Program-made: the position numbers and the translations under genes | In this document: in pieces, positions 58,470 through 64,000 of the stretch | Numbering within the stretch: position 1 is the stretch's first letter | Layout of the letters: each line of letters opens with the position of its first letter | The notes under the pieces: model-generated | What the model saw: the letters and a program-made list of their open reading frames with translations, nothing else | Databases searched by the model: none | What the model was told of the DNA's origin: nothing | Source: Lachnospiraceae bacterium | Lineage (GTDB): Bacteria > Bacillota > Clostridia > Lachnospirales > Lachnospiraceae | NCBI GenBank assembly: GCA_024687745.1 | Contig: JAILEM010000013.1 | Span: forward strand, 559-64,558 | Length of the DNA stretch: 64,000 nucleotides | Direction of reading: 5' to 3'

Positions 58470-58480
58470 GGTGAGTTATA

Positions 58481-58879
58481 ATGATTAATACGAATGTTTA
58501 CAACAGTGTGAATGTGCTTGCAAAAGCAGCAGATGGCGCATGGCAGAGAAACGAGGCTATAAGTAACAATATAGCCAATGTTGACACGCCCGGATATAAG
58601 AGGCAGGATGTTTCCTTTGAAAACGAGTTAAAGCATGCGCTCAAAGCCAGCAAGTACGTATCGTTAGACCAGAAGATCGATGAACTCAATAAGGACGGTT
58701 TAGACAAGATCAATCCAAGGACATACCTGGATCATTCCGGCTATGCATACAGATTGGACGGAAACAATGTCGATATCGATACCGAGAACGTTGAGCTTGC
58801 ATCCAATCAGATCAAGTATAACGGTATCATTCAGAGTCTCAACGGACATTTCAATGATCTTAAGACTGTTATAAAATAA
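58481..58879 (+). CDS. flgB: flagellar basal-body rod protein FlgB
   Basis: NIANVDTPGYKRQDV rod motif and a YRLDGNNVDID motif. Confidence 0.95.
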   Translation: MINTNVYNSVNVLAKAADGAWQRNEAISNNIANVDTPGYKRQDVSFENELKHALKASKYVSLDQKIDELNKDGLDKINPRTYLDHSGYAYRLDGNNVDIDTENVELASNQIKYNGIIQSLNGHFNDLKTVIK

Positions 58880-58922
58880 TTGTGTTTTTCTAATGCGCTT
58901 GTAAACGAAAGGGGTTGATCGG

Positions 58923-59372
58923 ATGAGCATATTTAAATCCTTCGGCGTCAATTCTTCGGGAATGACGGCTGAAAGATATCGTATGGATATTATTTCACAA
59001 AATGTAGCAAACGCCAACACAACAAGAACTGAAGACGGGACTCCTTATGTCAGGAAGGTGGTTACCTTTACTGAGAGAAGTACCGATCCGACAAGCTTCG
59101 GAACTATTTTCAGACGCACAAGGGGAATGGACGTTGGCGATGGGGTAAAGGTTTCGGGCGTCTATGAGGATCAGACTGAAGAAATGAAAAGGGTATATGA
59201 TCCTTCTCATCCGGATGCGGATGAGGATGGTTATGTCTGGTATCCGAATGTAAATATAGTTACTGAAATGACTAATATGATAGATGCCACAAGGGCCTAT
59301 GAAGCAAATGCCACAGCCTTTACGGCATCCAAGGCAATAGCCACAAAAGGATTGGAGATAGGAAACGGTTAA
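58923..59372 (+). CDS. flgC: flagellar basal-body rod protein FlgC
   Basis: SGMTAERYRMDIISQNVANANTT motif and the C-terminal YEAN motif. Confidence 0.95.
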   Translation: MSIFKSFGVNSSGMTAERYRMDIISQNVANANTTRTEDGTPYVRKVVTFTERSTDPTSFGTIFRRTRGMDVGDGVKVSGVYEDQTEEMKRVYDPSHPDADEDGYVWYPNVNIVTEMTNMIDATRAYEANATAFTASKAIATKGLEIGNG

Positions 59373-59393
59373 TGATATTTTGGGAGGGTAGAA

Positions 59394-59711
59394 ATGGATA
59401 TTTCCAGCTTGCTTAATGTAAACTCAACTGCAATAGCCAATGCGGCGGCGGATGCCTCCACCAAAAAGACCAAGGATATCGACAACGGCTTTTCGTCGAT
59501 GCTTGAGTCGGCTATGAGCAACATAAACGAGACCAATACGCTGCTTAATAAACGTGACGAGGAAGAAATGAAATTTGCTCTCGGCATTTCCGAGAACACC
59601 CACGATATGGCCATAGCAGCCGCAAAGGCTTCAACCGCTCTGACCTACACCACCACACTTAGAGATAAGTTCATAGAAGCATATAAGGAGATATTGCAGA
59701 TTCAGGTATAG
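59394..59711 (+). CDS. fliE: flagellar hook-basal body complex protein FliE
   Basis: 105 aa, the conserved position after flgC, and a FliE-like C-terminal helix. Confidence 0.85.
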   Translation: MDISSLLNVNSTAIANAAADASTKKTKDIDNGFSSMLESAMSNINETNTLLNKRDEEEMKFALGISENTHDMAIAAAKASTALTYTTTLRDKFIEAYKEILQIQV

Positions 59712-59723
59712 GGGTAATAAAAG

Positions 59724-61334
59724 TTGGCAGACAGAATAAGGGAGATACCACAGCGTATACTTGCGTGGTGGAATAAGTTCACATCCAAGCAGAAAACCGC
59801 AATAATAAGCGTTGCAGCCGGAGTCGTGGTGGCCCTGGCTATTTTGGCAACCGTGCTGACAAAACCACAGTATGCAACTCTGATAAACTGTGAGACCACG
59901 AAGGAATCCTCAGAGATAACGGCTCTGCTTGACGGAGAGGGAATAGGGTATCAGATCACTGATGACGGACTGATCATTTCCGTAGAGAAAAAAGATCTTT
60001 CGAGGGCGACGCTCGTGCTTGGTGCAAATGGGTATCCGGCGCAAAGCTACTCGCTTGAAACAGCTCTTTCGGGAGGATTTTCGACAACGGAATCGGATAA
60101 GGCAAAGACCTATAAGCTCTATCAGGAGCAGCATCTTAAGGAGATAATGGAGTCGGTACCGGCTGTCAAGGCTGCCTATGTCACCCTTTCGATCCCGGAT
60201 GATGACGGCACACTCCTTGCGAAAAAGGAAGAATCATACGCAAGTGTAATGCTCGACCTTGAGGAAGAATTGGAGAATGGCGTTGCCGAAAATTTCGCTA
60301 AAAATATTGCGACGGCTCTTGGAAACAAGACAACCGAAAATATCACGATAATAGATTCGAACGGCAATCTGCTGTTTTCGGGAGCAGATTCCGCGGCAGA
60401 ATCGTCTTCAATAAATGCAACAACACAGATACAGCTTAAAAGCGAGGCAGAGAGACTCGTAAAGCAGGAAGTTACACAGGTGCTCTTGGGATCCAATCTG
60501 TATGAGGATGTCAAGGTGGCAACAACCCTTATGATGGACTTTTCCTCCCAGAATGAAACAACACATACATATACCCAGGCTGACGAGAACGGAACAAACG
60601 TTATCTCTCATGCGGATACATATGAGGCTGAGGGAGTGGGGGCTGTTTCGGGTGTTCCCGGTACAGATACAAATACCGAAGAGACTACATATGTGATAGA
60701 AGAGGGAAATAATTCCTCCTATACAGTCGCAGAGGAATCGACTGATTATCTTCCGGGAGAAAAGATAACCGATAAGGCAGTTCCTCCGGGAAGCATTGAT
60801 TACTCTTCGTCTTCGATAGCCATAACGGCATCTCACTATGTTATTTATAAAGAGGAAGAACTAAAGAACCAGGGCTTATTGGACGGGATAACCTTTGACC
60901 AGTTCATGGCGGAAAATTCCGACATGGTAAGAAAGACGGTCGATGATGAGATGGTAACGCTTGTAGCTAATGCCACGGGAATACCCTCCGCCAATATATC
61001 GATAATCGCATATGACGTGCCAATTTTCCAGGCAGCGGAGGGATTCAGTGTTGAACCTGCCGATATCGCACAGATTGTTCTCATAGTCCTGATCCTTGCC
61101 CTTCTTGGCTTTGTTGTATTCTCAAGCCTCAGGAAGGAAAAGGAGGAGGTTCCCCAGGAAGAGGAGCTTTCTGTTGAGGAGCTTCTTGAAACTACCCAGG
61201 AAAACAGTGATGTTGAGGACATAGAACTTGAAAGCAAGTCGGAAGTCAGGCTTATGGTTGAAAAATTTGTTGATGACAATCCGGATGCAGCGGCAGCGCT
61301 GCTTAGAAACTGGTTAAATGATGAGTGGGGGTAA
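59724..61334 (+). CDS. fliF: flagellar M-ring protein FliF
   Basis: TTG start, N-terminal TM, central ring-building region, second TM (IVLIVLILALLGFVVF) and an acidic C-terminus. Confidence 0.9.
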   Translation: MADRIREIPQRILAWWNKFTSKQKTAIISVAAGVVVALAILATVLTKPQYATLINCETTKESSEITALLDGEGIGYQITDDGLIISVEKKDLSRATLVLGANGYPAQSYSLETALSGGFSTTESDKAKTYKLYQEQHLKEIMESVPAVKAAYVTLSIPDDDGTLLAKKEESYASVMLDLEEELENGVAENFAKNIATALGNKTTENITIIDSNGNLLFSGADSAAESSSINATTQIQLKSEAERLVKQEVTQVLLGSNLYEDVKVATTLMMDFSSQNETTHTYTQADENGTNVISHADTYEAEGVGAVSGVPGTDTNTEETTYVIEEGNNSSYTVAEESTDYLPGEKITDKAVPPGSIDYSSSSIAITASHYVIYKEEELKNQGLLDGITFDQFMAENSDMVRKTVDDEMVTLVANATGIPSANISIIAYDVPIFQAAEGFSVEPADIAQIVLIVLILALLGFVVFSSLRKEKEEVPQEEELSVEELLETTQENSDVEDIELESKSEVRLMVEKFVDDNPDAAAALLRNWLNDEWG

Positions 61335-61337
61335 GAT

Positions 61338-62354
61338 ATGCCACAGCAACAGGAAGCTGAGATAACTGGATTACAGAAAAGCGCCATTTTATTAATAGCT
61401 CTCGGGCCGGAGAGGTCTGCGCTTATATTTCAGTACTTAAAGGAAGAGGAAATAGAGGAGCTCACTCTTGAGATCGCAAATACAAGGAGCGTGACACCGC
61501 AGGTCAAGGAGATGGTAATTGAGGAATTTTATCAGGTCTGTCTTGCCCAGCAGTATATCGCCGAAGGTGGTATCGGTTACGCCAAAGAGCTTCTTGAGAA
61601 GGCACTCGGAGAAGAAAAGGCAAACGATGTTATCGGTAGACTTACCGCATCTCTTCAGGTTAAGCCTTTTGAATTTATCAGAAAGACCGAGGCATCCCAG
61701 GTCCTTAACTTTATACAGGATGAGCATCCTCAGACTATTGCCCTGATCCTCTCTTATCTCTCATCGGCGCAGGCAGCGATGATACTCTCGGCTCTGCCTC
61801 CCGACAGTCAGTCGGATGTTGCGAAACGTATCGCGATGATGGACAGGACATCACCTGATGTTATAAAGGATGTGGAAAAGATATTGGAAGGAAAACTCTC
61901 GAGCCTGGTAAATCAGGATTACACGATAATCGGTGGCGTGGACTCCGTTGTAGAGATACTGAATACCGTGGACAGAAGTACAGAGAAGCACATTATGGAG
62001 ACTCTGGAAATAGACGAACCCGAGCTTGCGGACGAGATAAGAAAGAAGATGTTCGTATTCGAAGATATTCTGCTGCTTGATGACAGAGCTATCCAGCGTG
62101 TACTCAGAGAGGTTGATAACAGCGATCTGGCTATTGCATTGAAGGGTGCAAATGAGGAGGTTCAGGGAGCCGTATTCAGGAACCTTTCGAGCAGACTTGC
62201 CACCATGATACGTGAAGATATGGAATTCATGGGACCTGTACGAATGAAGGATGTTGAAGAGGCCCAGCAGAAGATCGTTAATACCATCAGGAAGCTTGAA
62301 GAAAGTGCCGAGATTGTTATTTCCCGTGGCGGAGGTGACGAGATAGTTGTCTAA
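61338..62354 (+). CDS. fliG: flagellar motor switch protein FliG
   Basis: Motifs GLQKSAILLIALG, EHPQTIALIL, and MFVFEDI. Confidence 0.95.
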   Translation: MPQQQEAEITGLQKSAILLIALGPERSALIFQYLKEEEIEELTLEIANTRSVTPQVKEMVIEEFYQVCLAQQYIAEGGIGYAKELLEKALGEEKANDVIGRLTASLQVKPFEFIRKTEASQVLNFIQDEHPQTIALILSYLSSAQAAMILSALPPDSQSDVAKRIAMMDRTSPDVIKDVEKILEGKLSSLVNQDYTIIGGVDSVVEILNTVDRSTEKHIMETLEIDEPELADEIRKKMFVFEDILLLDDRAIQRVLREVDNSDLAIALKGANEEVQGAVFRNLSSRLATMIREDMEFMGPVRMKDVEEAQQKIVNTIRKLEESAEIVISRGGGDEIVV

Positions 62355-63204
62355 TCTTTTAAAATCCGCATCCATAAACGTCAAGGATGACGGTAAGAGG
62401 ATCATAAACTCAAACGATCTTATCGCGCAGAAGATAGAGAAGCTTACCACAGAGCTGCTTGAAATGGAAACTGAAGATGAGTTTGCGGACGGTTTTACCG
62501 AGGGCCTGGAAGCTGAGCAGGTAGAGGCTCTTTTGTCGGATCCTGATGCAGAAGATGAGAGAATAAGGGCAGCAAGGGAAAGCGCTGCGGAGATCGTCGA
62601 GAATGCCAATGCAGAGGCTGAAGACATCATAAATTCGGCGAATGAGGAAAGAGAAAATATTTTAAACAATGCCGTCGGAGAGGTTCAGGAGCTTAAGAAT
62701 GCTGCGGCAAGTGAGGGGCACGAGGAAGGCTACAGAGCAGGCTACGACGAGGGCATGAAGGAGATCGAGGCTCTTAAGGAGCAGATCGAGGCTGAAAGAA
62801 CAGAGCTCAGAGAGGAATATGACAGAAAATACGAAGCCTTAGAGCCTGAACTGGTCGGGATCCTCACGGATATATATGAGCATGTTTTGGGGATCAGTCT
62901 TTCCGATAACAGTGAGATCGTTCTGAACCTGATGAAGGAAACGATCAGAAATATCGAGGGCGGAAAGAATTATATGATCCATGTTTCAACGGATGATTAT
63001 GCCTATGTCAGTGCTTACAGAGAGGATCTTTTCAATTGCGTAGGCGGCATAGATACTCTTGAAGTTGTCGAAGATATCACTTTAAAACGATCGGATTGTT
63101 TCATAGAATGTGAAAGCGGAATATATGACTGCAGTCTCGGAACAGAGCTTGGTTTGCTGAAAAAGGAATTGAGGCTGTTGTCATACAGAAGAAAAGAAGG
63201 CTGA
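62347..63204 (+). CDS. fliH: flagellar assembly protein FliH
   Basis: TTG start overlapping the fliG stop. E/A-rich coiled coil followed by a FliH/V-ATPase-E-like C-terminal domain. Position is between fliG and fliI. Confidence 0.8.
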   Translation: MSNLLKSASINVKDDGKRIINSNDLIAQKIEKLTTELLEMETEDEFADGFTEGLEAEQVEALLSDPDAEDERIRAARESAAEIVENANAEAEDIINSANEERENILNNAVGEVQELKNAAASEGHEEGYRAGYDEGMKEIEALKEQIEAERTELREEYDRKYEALEPELVGILTDIYEHVLGISLSDNSEIVLNLMKETIRNIEGGKNYMIHVSTDDYAYVSAYREDLFNCVGGIDTLEVVEDITLKRSDCFIECESGIYDCSLGTELGLLKKELRLLSYRRKEG

Positions 63205-63206
63205 AA

Positions 63207-64000
63207 ATGGAACCTACGATTTATCATTCTGCTCTTTCAAAGACTTATTTTAAACGGCTGGGCAAGGTGGTCAATGTTGTCGGACTTACCATTGAATCCA
63301 TAGGACCGGATGCAAAATTAAATGATATGTGTAAGATCATGATAGACAGGGATTCAGGTACATATCTGACAGCCGAGGTTGTGGGCTTTAAGGATAACAG
63401 AACACTGCTGATGCCTTATGAATCGACGGATGGAATAGGCTACGGATGCATAGTTGAAAATATGGGCTATCCCCTTTCCGTAAATGTAGGAGAGGGAATG
63501 CTTGGGAAAACCCTTGACGGTCTTGGGAGACCGGCCGATGGATCAGAGATCATCAGTGAAGGAACCTATCCTGTGGATGCGCCTCCTCCGGATCCGTTAA
63601 AAAGAGTCATCATAGATACCCCGCTTCCCCTGGGGGTTAAAGCCGTAGACGGCATAATGACCATAGGGAAGGGTCAGAGAATAGGTATATTTGCAGGCTC
63701 GGGTGTAGGCAAAAGCACGCTGATGGGTATGTTTGCAAGAAATACCAAGGCAGATATCAATATAATAGCTCTCATCGGAGAGAGAGGAAGAGAAGTAAGG
63801 GAATTCATAGAGAGAGACCTTGGCGAAGAGGGAATGAAGAGATCTATAGTTGTTGTCGCAACATCGGATAAACCTGCTTTGGTAAGAAAAAAAGCCGCGA
63901 TGACGGCAACGGCTCTTGCGGAATATTTCAGGGATAAAGGAAAAGACGTTCTTCTGATGATGGATTCACTGACACGTTTCTCTATGGCTCAGAGGGAGAT
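63207..64000 (+). CDS. fliI: flagellum-specific ATPase FliI (3' end outside the window)
   Basis: Absent from the ORF track because it runs off the window. ATG at 63207. The motif VVGLTIESIGPDA and Walker A GSGVGKST are present. Confidence 0.9.
   Translation, partial: MEPTIYHSALSKTYFKRLGKVVNVVGLTIESIGPDAKLNDMCKIMIDRDSGTYLTAEVVGFKDNRTLLMPYESTDGIGYGCIVENMGYPLSVNVGEGMLGKTLDGLGRPADGSEIISEGTYPVDAPPPDPLKRVIIDTPLPLGVKAVDGIMTIGKGQRIGIFAGSGVGKSTLMGMFARNTKADINIIALIGERGREVREFIERDLGEEGMKRSIVVVATSDKPALVRKKAAMTATALAEYFRDKGKDVLLMMDSLTRFSMAQRE

Noticed and set aside
61851-62669. Long antisense ORFs in the six-frame track. Examples are 61851-62669(-) 272 aa, 16746-17582(-) 278 aa, 34364-35032(-) 222 aa, 18107-18739(-) 210 aa, 39087-39695(-) 202 aa and 60845-61387(-) 180 aa.
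   Set aside because: Each lies entirely inside, and antisense to, a confidently recognised gene (fliG/fliH, infB, carB, the GGDEF/EAL gene, fliF). Their translations are S/L/I/F-rich low-complexity sequence with no motifs or RBS. They are the expected by-product of purine-rich sense-strand codon usage.
1-64000. A search for CRISPR arrays, IS elements or transposases, prophage genes, toxin-antitoxin pairs and known defence-system signatures.
   Set aside because: No spaced direct repeats were seen, and no intergenic gap exceeds about 290 nt. I recognised no transposase, integrase or phage-like ORFs and no restriction-modification, Abi or STAND-type proteins. The only tandem repeat found is the intragenic 78-nt zinc-ribbon duplication.

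Overview
This is a chromosomal segment from a low-GC Firmicute. Synteny (rimP-nusA-infB-rbfA-truB-ribF, rpsT<>lepA-hemW, dprA-topA-codY-flgB...fliI) and AGA/AGG/ATA-rich codon usage suggest Clostridia, possibly Lachnospiraceae; this assignment is inference, not a search result. About 57 genes are tightly packed and all lie on the + strand except rpsT.

Gene content, in order:
(1) 1-8.4 kb: an accessory Sec (aSec/SecA2) glycoprotein-export locus, asp1-asp2-asp3-secA2-gtfA-gtfB. gtfA is split by a 1-nt frameshift in an A7 tract.
(2) potABCD and a eukaryotic-type UDP-sugar pyrophosphorylase.
(3) The rimP-nusA-ylxR-ylxQ-infB-rbfA-nrnA-truB-ribF translation/transcription cluster, preceded by a leader terminator.
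(4) A Na/Pi cotransporter, a serine hydrolase and tRNA-Leu(CAG).
(5) 25.3-33.4 kb, the least explained part. It starts with a tightly packed five-gene unit: a 7TM hybrid histidine kinase with Hpt, a REC-only protein, a 75-aa membrane protein, a membrane-anchored transglutaminase-fold protein and an unassigned TPR protein. None has a DNA-binding output. A stand-alone SPFH-like gene carrying three C-terminal zinc ribbons follows.
(6) An orphan carB, a ~1420-aa REC/PAS/GGDEF*/EAL/REC/GGDEF protein, serS, a NYN plus 2x LOTUS protein, and a Gfo/Idh/MocA oxidoreductase fused to a ~290-aa charged tail.
(7) rpsT, lepA, hemW, a degenerate HD-GYP protein, comM, dprA, a GH36 alpha-galactosidase, topA and codY.
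(8) The start of the flagellar operon, flgB-flgC-fliE-fliF-fliG-fliH-fliI.

I recognised no CRISPR array, transposase, integrase or phage genes. All family assignments come from motif recognition by eye; no database search was run.
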